From Diplonema japonicum (lineage: Eukaryota; Protista; Euglenozoa: Diplonemea): a DNA stretch of 64,000 bases. Below, piece after piece: positions 10,410-25,858 of the stretch. A program made the position numbers and the translations under genes. The DNA is taken from NCBI GenBank assembly GCA_964019335.1, contig OZ025657.1, positions 310,001 to 374,000 on the forward strand, written 5' to 3'. How positions within the stretch are numbered: position 1 is the first letter of the stretch; each line of letters opens with the position of its first letter. The notes beneath the pieces were generated by a model. The model had not been told where the DNA came from. It saw nothing but the letters and a program-made list of their open reading frames with translations, and made no database searches.

Positions 10410-10646
10410 AAAAGAAAAGAAAAGAAAAGAAAAGAAAAGAAAAGAAAAGAAAAGAAAAGAAAAGAAAAGAAAAGAAAAGAAAAGAAAAGAAAAGAAAAGA
10501 AAAGAAAAGAAAAGAAAAGAAAAGAAAAGAAAAGAAAAGAAAAGAAAAGAAAAGAAAAGAAAAGAAAAGAAAAGAAAAGAAAAGAAAAGAAAAGAAAAGA
10601 AAAGAAAAGAAAAGAAAAGAAAAGAAAAGAAAAGAAAAGAAAAAAG
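10410..10646. repeat. (AAAAG)n microsatellite
   Basis: Pentamer array of roughly 46 units. Confidence 0.97.
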
Positions 10647-10912
10647 AATGAAAGACAACACCCCGAAGAAATCCGTGGGTTAGATACTGTCCTTTCTTTT
10701 TCTTTTTGTTATTTCTTCTTGGAAAAGAAGAAATTGAGGGAGGGTTATAGATGACAAACTATATTTCTTCTTTTTTCTTTAAGCCTTATTTCTTTTTTGA
10801 TAAAAAGACGATACTGAAAGGAGATTGGGGGGGGATGGGAACTTTGAGGGAGATCGGCTGCCTCCCCCCCTTTTTTTTTTCTTCTAAATTTTTTTTCTTG
10901 TTTTTGTTTTTC

Positions 10913-13900
10913 TCATTCATAGAGGAACCCAACGAAAGAAGACTTCGACTTCGCAATAGGGATTTCCTGGTTTTTTTTTTTCTTTTCTTTTTTTTTTTTT
11001 TTTTTCTTCCCAACCCCATACCCGAACAGTTGCATTAATCCTTTTAATGGTGCCATCTTTGTGCTTGCCGTCGACAGACAGGGTTTTGTCAAGAATGTTT
11101 TTCACACCAGTCTGAATTTTTTTCTCTTCTTTTTTTCCCCCCCCCCCATTCAAACCTCAAAATAATTATTTATAAAACTATCGTGTTTCATGGCTGTTTC
11201 CTCCGGCATCAACATATTCACGTTCTTCCCAATGGTCTCCTCTTCTGATAACCCGAAGAGCTTCGTCGCATTCTTGCTAAACCGCAAGATCTCACATTTC
11301 CAATTTATCACCACGATGGCTTCTCTGCACGAATCCTGGATCCCAGCGTTTAAAACGCTGGCAAATTCTGATTCTAGAAGCTGAGTGGCGTCCGTAAGAG
11401 AAGCAATGTAGACCGGCTCTTCGAGCACTCGTTCTACCTGACGAATGACAATGTCGAGGTGGATCTTCCCGCCAGTTTTGTTATTGAGCATTTGAACACG
11501 TGCCGGTTCCGCCCGGCCCATGAGCTTTGCAACACCGGTTTCCTTGTAATTTTTCAAATACCCGTCGTGCTCTGAACGGTAAGGCTCCGGCATGATAATT
11601 TTGACGTTCTCACCGAGCAGCTGTTCTTCTGACAATCCCGACAATTCAATAGATTTCTGGTTGCACTTCACAAAAATCCCCTCCGTGTTGATACACATCA
11701 ACGCAACAGGTGTTACCGACGATATTTTCCCCATCAAATCCGTGTACTCTGATGCCTCCATGTCAGATCGGAGGTCTTTGATATACCCGACGTATCCTCG
11801 GTCCTTTCCCGCTTTGAGTTCTTTGACCCATAGGTCTACTGGTACTATGTCGCCGGTGCTGGTGATGGATGAAAGCCGCTGTACTGAATCAATGACTTTT
11901 TTTTTACCCGTTCTGAGATAGTTCTCAAGAATATCGTTGTGTTTCTCCGCGATTTCGGGTGTCATGATCTGGTTGATGTTAATGCCCACCGGATTGGGTA
12001 TTTTGTAGACCCGTTGAAACGCAGTGCTTGTTCCTTGAACAATTCCCTCTGTGTTTATCATAACGCACGGGTACGGCATTGCGCCTAATGCGACACCGGA
12101 TATTTTCGCTGCCCGTTCCGCGTTGAGTTGCTCGGTGGCATCGTTTAAGAATGCGACGAATACCATTCCTGCGAGGCCCACTGTTACCTTTTCGACTTTG
12201 ATGAATATTTGGACTTCTTTGCCTTTCTTTGTCACCCCGGAGACAAGCCGCTCCGTCCCGAGGAGCTTTGCAACACCTGTTCTTTGATACGCTGCAAGGT
12301 ACTCGTCGTGATTGTCCGCAACTTCTTTCGGCTGGATCATCTTCACGTTCTTCCCGAGCATCTCTGACATGCTGTACCCAAACAGCAGCTCTGTTGCGAG
12401 ATTTACCATTTTTATCTCACCCCTGTCGTCGATCTGCACCAAGCCCACTGGGCACATGTTGATGATCTCGTTTAAAATCGTCTGCGACTTTGCAACCTGA
12501 ATCTCCGTGTTCAGGTCCCGAAGGTACCCTACAAAATTCGGTCGTTTCGGGTCGTTTGTCTCGACCACTTTGGCGCTGACCTCCACCTTCATCAACGACC
12601 CGTCCTTGTGCTTCGCTGGTACATTACGTGTCGTGTTCAAAACATGCGGCACCCTGGTGCGAAGGTACGTCTCAAGATAACCGTCATGCTTGTCGGCAAT
12701 GTCTTGCGTCTGTAAAACCTTGATGTTCTGTCCTATCAACTCTGGCGTCCAACCGAATGTCCTGTACACGGCCGTCGACACAGCCTGAATATCACCAACA
12801 TGGTTGATGCGTATTGTGGGTAGAACAAGTGCCTCGAGCAGCGTGTTCGACAGCAAAACCTGCTTTTGAAACTCAAGTTCTATGGAAAGATCGCGAGCAA
12901 AGCCGATGAAGGAGTACGTGTCCCCTGTGTGGATGACATCGACCATCAAACTGATGGGCATTAATGTGCCTGTTTTCGAACGGGCTGTCACCTCTCGGAC
13001 ACTTCCAACGACGGTTGCTGCTCTGGTCTTTTGATAAGCCTTGAGATAGCCATCGTGTTTTTCAGCAATCTCCGGCGGCTGTAACATCTTAATATTCTGG
13101 CCGATAACCTCGTCTTTCGTGTAGTCGAAAAAGTCTGTTGCTGCTTTGTTGTACACTGTGACTGTTCCTTTTGCGTCCATCGCCAAAACGGGGAATGATG
13201 AGATGGATATGATGGATTCCACCTTTTGTTTTTCGAACTCCATCTTGCATTGTTCTGAAATATCGCGGATGTTGCCGTAGAAGGTAGTCTCTTCTTCCTT
13301 CACCACTTCCTTCACCCCGATTTCCATGGGAAAAACACTGCCGTTCTTCTTTTTTCCCTCCGCCACCCTTGTTGAGTTTATCACGTGTTTTATCCCTGTT
13401 TTCCGGTAAGCTGCCAAGAAGCCGTCGTGCTTTACCGCGATTTGTTCGGGCATAATCATTTTGATGTTCTTCCCAATGCATTCTGCCATTGTATACCCGA
13501 AACAATCCTCAGCTGCTTGGTTGAAAGACAAGATCTTCCCGGTTATGGTGATGGATATCAAGGGAAAGATCACCATTTCTTTGATAACACCGTTCAATTT
13601 GTTGGCCTGTTCGATAACGTACTGTTCACTGGAATCGATGACGTATCCAATGTAAAAGACAGATTGCACACCCAGCTTGTTCGTCACACTTTGCTCCCGG
13701 ATTGCAATGGCCGCAGGGAACTCAGACCCATCGGACCGCTTCCCGTTCGTCTCTAATACCTTTCCCATCACAGTTTTTATCCCGGTCTTCGCATACTTCT
13801 TCAGGTACCCATCGTGGTGCTGCGCAACGGTATCCGGCATTAACATATTCACTTGCTTGCCAACGAACTTATAGTCATCCGGGTATTGAAAAATCGATGC

Positions 13901-16900
13901 CACGGAAATCGATACCTCCTGTATACAGCCTGCCGTGTTGATGATGATGACCCCGCTGGTTGACATTGAGAGGATCCGCTTTGCGGCTTCGGATTCCACG
14001 GAATACTTGATTTTTTCAGTGGTGTCCTGGATGAACCCGAGGAAGAATGATGTGGTGTTTTGTTTGAACTCTGTCACCATAAGGTCCGCGGGGAACGGGC
14101 AGCCGTCGGATTTGACCGCGGTGACTGCAACGCGTGTGTTGAGGACCTTTGCTACTCCGGTCCTGCGGTAGTTAGCGATGTACTCGTTGTGTTGCTCGGA
14201 GATCTCGTCCGGCATCAGCATCGACACGTTTCTCCACGTGATGTCGTCAGCATTGTACCCGAACTGATGTTCCGCGGCGCTTGAAAACTTTCGGATTTGA
14301 CCTGACCAGTTGATGATAACAAAAGGCACCGGGACCAAACTGCTGATGGCGTTTCCCATGTTTACGATGCGCTTCATCTCCTCCTCCCCGCTTATGTCCG
14401 TGATGTACCCGAAGAACTGGTGCCCGTACTGAGACTTCACCTCGCCGATTTTCAAAACCGCAGAGAATTCCGTCCCGTTCTTCCGCTTCGCAGTGGTCTG
14501 TCTCGTCGTTCCAATTACATGCCTGACACCTGTCTCAAGGTACGTCTTCAAGTATTGATCATGCTGGACAGCTATGCTTGCTGGTTGTAGCATCTTAATA
14601 TTCTTCCCTATCACCTCAGATGAATGATACCCCAAAGCCTCTTCAGCAGCTGGGCTGAAGGACATTATGATGCCCGTTGTGGATATCACGAGCAACGGGA
14701 CAGGCGACATGCTTGCTGTCATCATTGCTTGGTTCAATAGATCGTCGTGCTGCTTCTTCTCGCGTAGGTTCTCTACGTGCGCGATGAACACTGTGTCGTG
14801 TACTCCGTCATTGGGAACAGCCTCCCCAGGCGACAAGCACCCCTGGTACGTGGACCCGTCCTTCCTCTTCACTACCACTTCCATCTGCGTACCCAAGACC
14901 TTTTTTATGCCGGTTTTCATATATGTTGATAGGTACTGATTGTGCTTCGCAGCCACTTCTGGCGTTTGTATTAATTTAATATTCTTCCCGACCGCTTCTT
15001 GTTCAGTCCACCCTAGCTCCTTTTCCGACGCGGGGCTGAACTTCTGAATGACGCCAGTAGTAGAGATGACGATGAGTGGCACAGGCGAGCATGTAATGAT
15101 ATTTTCGTGAATGACCACTTGCTGGTTCAGGAGGAACTCATTAGTGATGTCTCTCGCGTTCCCAATGAAGATGGTGACCGAGTCTGTCAGTTTCACGTCT
15201 TCTATCTGAAGCTCCATGGGGAACACCACGCCCCCCTTTCGCACGGCGAGTTGAGTGATCTTCTTGCCGGTTCCAACGATGGTACCGGTGCCTGTTCGTG
15301 CGTAGCGTTCTAAGTACGAGTCGTGCACTTCTTGTATCTCAGGCTTCATCAACATCTTGACATTGTGCTTCAGGATCTCTCGGCTTGTGTATCCAAATGT
15401 TGCTTGTGCTGCTCTGTTCCATCTGATGATGGTGCCGACCTCGTCGATGCAGATTACAGGTGTCGTGCCCGCCCTTGACGTGGCATTGTTCAGCCTGTTC
15501 ACCCTCTCAGTCTCAATGTCCAGCGTGATATCGGTCAGTAGCCCGATGTAGATGCTCTTTTTCCCTTGTCTGATCTCCCGCACCGTTACGTTCACAGGGA
15601 AAATCGTTTTGTCTTTCTTTATGGCCTTTGCATTCCTCGAGGAACCAATGATCCTTTTCACGCCTGTCCGTCTGTACCTCGAGAGGTAATAATCGTGGTA
15701 CTTGGCGTACTCGTCGGGCATGAACATCTTCACGTTCTTCTTCAGCGTTTCCTTCTCCGTCCACCCGAACACTTCCTCTGCAGCGCTCGAGAAGCCCAGT
15801 ACAGCCCCCATCGGATCCACTACAATCGTGGGCACCGCACTCATCTTCGCCACTATCTCGTTCACTTCTGCTAACTTCTTATTTGTCTGTATCTGTCCCG
15901 TCTCGAGATATTGCACGATAGCACCGACTGTTTTCCGTTCCCTCTCCGGAATCATCTTTAGCATGAGTTTCGTGCCTTCTTCTTGCTTCAAGAGCTTGGA
16001 TGCCATAGGGCGAAAGATGAAGAGGCACTCGACTAACAGCAGCAACGCGGTGATGATAAGAATGACGAGGATCGTGAAGCGCTGCGCCGCAACCTCGTCC
16101 TTCGCTTCGTCTTCGAAAGACTTTGTGGAAGCCTCTACTATACCGAGGAGGTACTCGAGAGTGGACATGAGGGCCTGGGTGTCTGCCTCCGTGTGGAGCT
16201 CTAACAGCAAAGCGTTGAAACGGCGGATCTCAACATCTACACCACTGTCGGAAAATGCGGGATCCTCTGTGGAGCACATCATTCGGTACGATGCAGTGGA
16301 ACTGCCTCCGAAGATGCGATCCAGGATACTTTCACTTCGCATCACAGCTCCGTAGCCGACCTCACCGGGATCGCCAAAGTACAATTTGTTCGACTCCCTT
16401 CTGGAAGTCATTACAGCATTGTGCAGCACCTTATACGCAGCAGCCGTTTCATCCTGCTCTGCATTGCGGTACATCAAAGCAGAGAACATCGAGCCCGACG
16501 CAAGCCAGACTCTTGTCGATGCTTCGTTCAATCGTGGTGCTACACCCTTCCCGTTCGTGAGATACACTATCTCCACAGTGAACAGGGATATCATCAAGAC
16601 AGACACCAACGCCAGGGATATCCTCACCCTGCGGGTTAAGTCTGTGAACAATGCATCCGGGTCACGTCCCTTGTTCTTCCCCGAGCTGATGTGGTCTTTG
16701 TTCTTTATGAGAGCTGTGATGAACGAAATGTTGTAGATGGTGACTATCCCGAGAATCAGACTGAGGAATGCCATCAAGAGCTGCTTGTATATGAGAAGCT
16801 TGTCGTGGATGCTATGCTTCTTGTCGCCGACGTGTTTTGAGACAGTGTGCGCGAACCAGTTGATCTCGTTGAGCGACTCGTGGTACGCATCTTGGTACTG

Positions 16901-19900
16901 CTTATCATATAAAAGGTTCATGACAAGATTCATCTTATCGTGGAAGGGCAAAGCCAAGTCAGCAGCACGTGTAGTGTACATGTGTACATGTAGGGGGTCT
17001 TCGGAAGCATTCCAGGTGAGCTCGTCGTACTCGGGGGTGGTGTAGAGGTTGCCAGCATCGCAAGCGATTGTGATAGCGATCATTTCTTGTTTGATGAGAC
17101 TAGCGTAGTGGTCGAGCGCTGTGTGCTTTGTGAAGGCTTTTGAGTTCAGAGTTAGAAGGGCTTCGTAGGGCTTGAAGAACAAGTCAGGGTTATTCTTGAT
17201 TTTGTTGTACTTGGACACGACGTCCGTGTTTAACGATGTGGCAGCGCTGGCAGCACGTTGTGAGCTCACCACCGCCAAGGCCGCGTCTGTGCTCGTTCTG
17301 AACTCTTCCTGAAGCATATCGGTGGTGTCCTCAATATCGACTATTACACTACTCATTTGGATTAACACAACAAACACCACTACTACCGATATAGCAGAAA
17401 GCTTCAGAAGAATCTGCAGTTTCATGCTTTTCGTGTAGTAAATCAACGGCAGCAGGGAGATCATTGCGACCGATGTCAAGCCTATAAGACAAAACAACAG
17501 AATGGTCGCGACGGAGTAGGTCTGTCCGGGGAGCTCAATCGATGTGAGAAGATCATCCAACTTCTTGGTAGTGTCGAGGTATTCCTTGGTCTTCAGCTCC
17601 TTGGCAGCGTCGATGCGGAGCTGCGTTATTTCCGACTTGGACACGTTTGGAGAGATGGTGAACGTTGGTTTGATGTAAATGTCCTGCCAGGGTTTGGACA
17701 AATTCAAATGGTCGCAAATCGGTTTAATGTGCTCCATTGCAGTTGTTTCTATCTCAGTCAATAGTTTCCTGTGTTTTCTGATGGCTAGATATTTGGACAC
17801 ATGTGCATTGTCGTGCTCGTGGACGAGACGCTCCAGGTGTTGACCCAAAGTGTTCTCCGTTTCATGGTTGAGATATTTCGATAGTGCCGGAGCGTCGCAT
17901 TGCAGGATATATCGTCTGCTGTGTTCCTGAATTTCGATGGCGATAAATAGCATTTCACGGTGTGTTTCAACGACCACTTCTTGCATGCTGAGCTTTGATT
18001 CTATTGCATCGAATTCGTTTAGGGTTTGGAAGTGCATGCCGAACATAGCTACAGAACACACGACGAGAATGATGCGCATGGCCCACGGGATGGCTTCATT
18101 CGTTTTGCTGCTCATGATCAGAGGTTCGTCGTCATCATCGTCGTCGACTTGTTCAATGATGTCTAGTTCCTGGACCTTCCGGTGGTCGGGCTTCTTGTCG
18201 TCACTGCAGTCCTCTCCCTTCAAGGTGTGTTTAATCACCTTGCCGTCACCTTTCTCAGCGTTCTTCAAAAAGACTTTAAACGCGCCGCTTACCGTACTCT
18301 CGTCGCCTATCTTGACAGCTTGAACCTCATTCGCTTCGAACTCCGAAATCTGGTCCTCCGACATATCCTGCCGGGTTTCGCAAATTTCAAAGTTCACCGA
18401 CTTGCTCTTCGAGTCAGCGTGGATCTCCATAAGCGTGTTCTTTGGGATCAAACTAAACAAATTCAACGTCTCCATCTTCGTCGACGCGATCGCCAGAAAA
18501 CTCAGATCCAACATCATGTACACCAAGAACACCAAGCAAACAGACGCTGCGAACAGGGCTATGTTAACCACAACCCCCGCGTCCAGTATCTCCTTGAATT
18601 GCTCCTCGTATAGGGTTAGCGATGAGTTCAAAGCTTGACCGAAGTTGGCATGTGTGTTTTCTTTAATGAAAGAGTGTGCTGTGGAGGCTCCGAGGCAAGC
18701 AGGCTCGATTTCTATCAATGTTTCCAGGGATGCGATGAAAGTGTTGCTGAAGTCCCATAATCCCGTGAGCCTCTCCTGGTGCTCCTTTGCGTTGTAAAAA
18801 AATTCGTATATTTGGTTCGGGGATTCGTAGAGGTCAAGCAGCGGGCCGTAGCTCATCTTGTACTTCCCATGTGTCAACATGTTGTAACGAGAGCGGAACG
18901 TAGCCGTTGTTGTTCTGAGTTTCTCACGTAGCTCCAAAGACTTAGGGAACACCTGCGCCGTAGCGCATTCACCGTTAGTTCCGATCGCACCTCGCGAGCC
19001 GCATACAACATTTGAACACGATGTGTCGAGAACTAGCTCCTCTTGAGCTTTTTTAACAAGGCTCAAAGACATGTACCCGTTGTACTGTGCCAGGGCGCGG
19101 AGTTCCCCTGCCGCAGAAAGACTGTCAATGAAGTTTGTTTTAATGTTCGACATGACGAGCTCGAAGGCACCGAAGCTGAAGACGATCACGAAGAACATCA
19201 TGAACATGACGTTCATTTTATACGAAAGGGACGAAATCGTTTTCGACGACTGGCGCGGCGCCTTCGCCTGCTGCTGCACTTGGCTCAGTTGCACGGCTGC
19301 GGTCTCGGAAGACTTTGTCATCGCATCCTGTGAGTCTCCTGTGTCGCGCAACGCACCGCGAACCATTTGCGCGTTCGTCTCGTCCAGCATCACCTGCTCT
19401 AAGAACTGAGCGTACTGCATCCCGATGCCTTTGTCGAACCTCGTTGCAATTGCGCTCTCAAACGTCGTCAGCCCCTCTGCTCTCTTGTCGGTGATCATGT
19501 CCACAAGGAACGCCAGGTCCAGGTTGTCTGTCCCCGACAGCAGCTTCGACCAGAACAGAGTCATGTACCCCAATGCCTGCCCGTGCAGCTTCCTTGCTCT
19601 CAGCAACACCTTGTGGTGCGAGTTGTCTCGGATATTCAGAATCCCCTTCAGCTCTGCAGCCAGCCTGAACAGCTTGTACGACACCGTCACTGAGTTCTCG
19701 GCCATCTGTCGTTTCTTGAGCTCTTGCAGAGCCTTCGTGTACTCCTCACAAAAATAGTGAAGGAACATGATAAAATGCAGCCCAACTATGTCGGAAGTAG
19801 GGAACTTACGCAGGCCCTTGGTATAGATGCGGCAGTAGTACGGGACGACGGTCCTAGGGGGACGGATGTTGAAGCCGTATGAGTAGTCAAGGAGCATCCT

Positions 19901-21175
19901 GCAGGCGAGTTCGATGTCCGTTGGAAAAAAGATGGAACTGATAGCGGGGACGGTGATGATGGGAGTGTACTTTTGATCCAACGCACTGAAGTCGGCGCTT
20001 TCTGAACGCGTTATGTTGTGGTTGACACCCTTGAGGATGTCGTCGATGTTCCTGAATCGGCCGAAGAGGATGTCCTGCCAAGGAAGTCGGTCAGGAAACA
20101 TTGTAGCGGTAATGGGACCTGATATGCCCTTCCTGACCTGGTCGACGGAGCTGGAGTACGCATGCGGCGCACGGGACTTCTTGACGAGAACTAAGGCGAG
20201 GAGCCAGCTAGCAATGACGATGACAAACACCATTGGGACATCCGCGTCCCGGTTTGTAACCTGCTCGTGCGGCGATGCAGCGAAGGCAGCCATCCCAGCA
20301 GCTACAAAGTACGAAGCGCTTCTCAATATCGTTGTTGACCTTGAATAGTAAGGCTGCATCAAGGCAAACAGACACCCAAGTACCACTGAGGTTATAGCGT
20401 GTATACACGCGAAGACCTGCTTTCGATCAGATGCTAAAAGCGTGAAATACAGAATAGTTGTAGAAACATCGTAAGCCGTTGTGACTGCATCGAGGATGGA
20501 GTGCGGTCTTGCGAAGATGTGCAAGCTGAAAGGGTTCTGCATGTAGACCATCGTGCGCATTGTGAGGGCAATGAGCACAAACAATATGCACGCTATCGAA
20601 CCACCGATAACGTGGAAAATATGGAGAATACTCCAGCAGGAAAGGTTCGGGATCAACCAGATTTCATCCTGTTCATTGCACACCATCCCAGACATCACAA
20701 AACACAACAAAGGAACGAGAAGCAATGCGATACCGTGAGACGTGCACTTCATCAGAAACATGAGCTTCCCCCCGGACATATCTTCTCCGCCTTCTTTAAA
20801 CAAGACGATAAAGAGAAGGGAAGTCGCTGCTACAAGTGAGACTGCCGCCCAAAATACAGCCATCCCTCCTGTGTTTCCCCATGAGTGCACATACATGGGA
20901 TCCCAAAATGGGAGTAGGAAAATATAGACTGCCTCCGAAAGGCTTTTCATCAGACCTCCCCAACCCCATCTGATGTTGCACACGAACGCTATCGGTTGCA
21001 TAAAGCTGATCACTGCGCCTATGTATGACAGCATGGACGGCCAGAACATCTCGAGGTGTTCCACCAGCATGAAGAGAGGGAACACATTCAGGAAGAAGTC
21101 CCCTCCGAACATCCCTCCCATCGTATGCGCCTCCGACTTCGCCACGGTGCTTCCCCCCACCGAAAAACCCTCCAT
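10913..21175 (-). CDS. Giant multipass membrane protein (TmcB-like N-terminus) with 13 tandem FixL-like PAS domains, ~3387 aa
   Basis: Exons 21175-11156, 11111-11022 and 10966-10913. Splicing GT-AG introns 11112-11155 and 10967-11021 completes the 13th PAS repeat (...NNYFE|TGVKNILDKTLSVDGKHKDGTIKRINATVR|EIPIAKSKSSFVGFLYE*). Many hydrophobic helices lie in the N-terminal half. Confidence 0.9.
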
Positions 21176-21395
21176 TTTTTTAAACTACCCCCTTTTTTTT
21201 GGTTGTAAAGCATCAAAAAGAAAAGCAGAAATGAAGAAGAGAAAAAAAAAAAACTACAAACGACAAAAAAGAGGGACTCAGGATCAGAAAACAAAGAGGA
21301 GGGTTAAAAAGAAAAAGGGGAGGAGCGTGTATTTCTAATCCCACCCCATCCTCTCATGCTTTCTCCTTTTTTTCCCCTTGTATATAAAAAAAAAT

Positions 21396-23954
<2,559 letters not shown>

Positions 23955-24067
23955 CGTATCCTGTTGGGTGTCTGGTGAAGAATAAACTAAAAATAATTTA
24001 GAACTGTATCTTAGTCTTATGATGAAAAAGGATGAGAAGGGCAAGGTTGACGTCCTGTAAAGAAGGT

Positions 24068-25756
24068 TCATGAAGGCCCGAACCACAGGTTGGTGGACGG
24101 GAGTAAAACGGTGCGCCGCCGTTCCTTATTGTCGGCACGCTTTGCAAGGGGGACCACGCGGGTACTTGGGTTACCTTGCAGACCTTTCTTCCGTACCAGT
24201 TTAAGATAGTGCCCGAAAGGAGGAGGAGGGCCGCGGCAGTACCTCTCCGGGTAGTACAGGTCAGGCAATCTATAACGGAGGTGGAGGAGGGTGGCCTGGT
24301 AGTCTTCTTTGAACTCGTATGTGAGACGGGCGAAAAACATAGGGTTCACGAGGAGAGTGCCAGGGTGCTCTAGATCGTCTTCCTGCGGTGCAGCCTGATC
24401 TCCTTCAGGACCAGGTAAGGTTGCCAGCCGGACTCGATGGTTGCAACAGGCTTGCAGGTCCTCAGCCCACCTCAGGAGCCATGTTTTCCAGATCCCCACC
24501 TTGTCACTGAGGGCTTCCATGTATAACCCCATGTCCTCTTCAGGGAGTACCCACTCCTGCACTTCAGTACACGAACCATAGAACCCGGGTCGGTTTAGAG
24601 ACTCCTCAAACAGATCTGCGACGGTCTTTAGAATGATAGACGCAATGAGCTTCAGGTTTGCTTTAAGTGTTTTCTTTTCCTCCGATCCGTCCCCGAGCAG
24701 GACCCTTCGGATCATCATTTTGTACACAAAGAACACGAGAAGCGTCACAGAGCGGTCCTCACTTGTCAACATGATCAATTTCAGTTTGTTTTTCGAGAGG
24801 AAGGACTCTTCCCATTCAGTGAGAAAGCCTTCCGGGAATGCAGCCCCTTTCATATATGACACGGATTGTAAAAAATGCAGGTGTTGCTTCCTCCTTTTGC
24901 TATCGTCTGCGCTCTCTGTTCGCTGCGTCCTGTTGAGAAACCACTCCAAGCTGCCAAGCAACGCCCAGACCCTGGCTTTCACTTTAGCGACTCTGTGGTC
25001 CAGCCCCGACTGCGATGCTACCCCAATGCTGCGACCGAGGAAGATCATCTTGGGACTTGGTTTGATATAGTCTAACTCGTCCTTGGAGAAGCGGTAGAAC
25101 GCAAGGATAGGTATGTAAGCAACCTTCTTTATCGATTCCACTAAGGCAGTAGTGTTGGCTTCGTAGACAGTGGCAGCAGAGGTGTAAAAGGCCGACCGAA
25201 GGGAGCAAGACGTGGTGTGGTGTTTAGAAAGGAAGAATGGGACAAGGAGAGCCCATAGCATGGCACGGAGGAGAGAGTTGTGCTGTGGGGGTTCTGAAGC
25301 TATCGTGAACTTCGTGGACACAGTGGAGGGGCGTGATACGATGCTGGCTGTTGGTGTGGGTAAGGAAGCACGAGTGGACGAAACAGATGACGACTGTTGG
25401 GCTGGAGGAGCAGGCACCGCAGAATGCGGCGGTTCTGGGGGCAAAGGAGCCATGGGCTGCTGCACAACTTGCAAAGGAGAAGCAAACCCACCCACCCCGC
25501 ACCTCCCTTGACATCCCGCCATCCCTTGCAGCTGTACCAAGCTCTGCACCAGCAACGCCTGCAAAACGTCTTCCTTGTCGCTCTTCTCTTTAAGCCTTCC
25601 GTTCTCACCGCTGTAGAAGCCCACTGTCCCCGTAACATCTTCCGTCATGGTGCCGCATTCTTTCCTCTCCTTTCTCTTAAGGAGCTCCAGCTGCAGGGCG
25701 TGTGCCTCGACCCATTCTTTGAACTCGTCGACTTCATTACAGCACCCGAACAGCAT
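24068..25756 (-). CDS. Hypothetical protein (~560 aa)
   Basis: Long ORF with coding-like composition; likely ATG at 25756 (MLFGCCNEV); no recognised family. Confidence 0.7.
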   Translation of the reverse strand: MLFGCCNEVDEFKEWVEAHALQLELLKRKERKECGTMTEDVTGTVGFYSGENGRLKEKSDKEDVLQALLVQSLVQLQGMAGCQGRCGVGGFASPLQVVQQPMAPLPPEPPHSAVPAPPAQQSSSVSSTRASLPTPTASIVSRPSTVSTKFTIASEPPQHNSLLRAMLWALLVPFFLSKHHTTSCSLRSAFYTSAATVYEANTTALVESIKKVAYIPILAFYRFSKDELDYIKPSPKMIFLGRSIGVASQSGLDHRVAKVKARVWALLGSLEWFLNRTQRTESADDSKRRKQHLHFLQSVSYMKGAAFPEGFLTEWEESFLSKNKLKLIMLTSEDRSVTLLVFFVYKMMIRRVLLGDGSEEKKTLKANLKLIASIILKTVADLFEESLNRPGFYGSCTEVQEWVLPEEDMGLYMEALSDKVGIWKTWLLRWAEDLQACCNHRVRLATLPGPEGDQAAPQEDDLEHPGTLLVNPMFFARLTYEFKEDYQATLLHLRYRLPDLYYPERYCRGPPPPFGHYLKLVRKKGLQGNPSTRVVPLAKRADNKERRRTVLLPSTNLWFGPS

Positions 25757-25858
25757 ACCATCCTTTGAAGACGAGAGTAGCGAAGGATAAGGAAAAATGA
25801 AAAAAAAAAAAAAAAAAAAAAAAAGACGTAACAATCTACTGACCTTTTTAAGGGGGGC

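Noticed and set aside
11150-11155. ORF-track stop of the PAS protein at 11150 (likewise the ORF ends given for CPSF3, EBP2 and the Tudor-like gene)
   Set aside because: These are read-through into introns; splicing restores the conserved C-termini.
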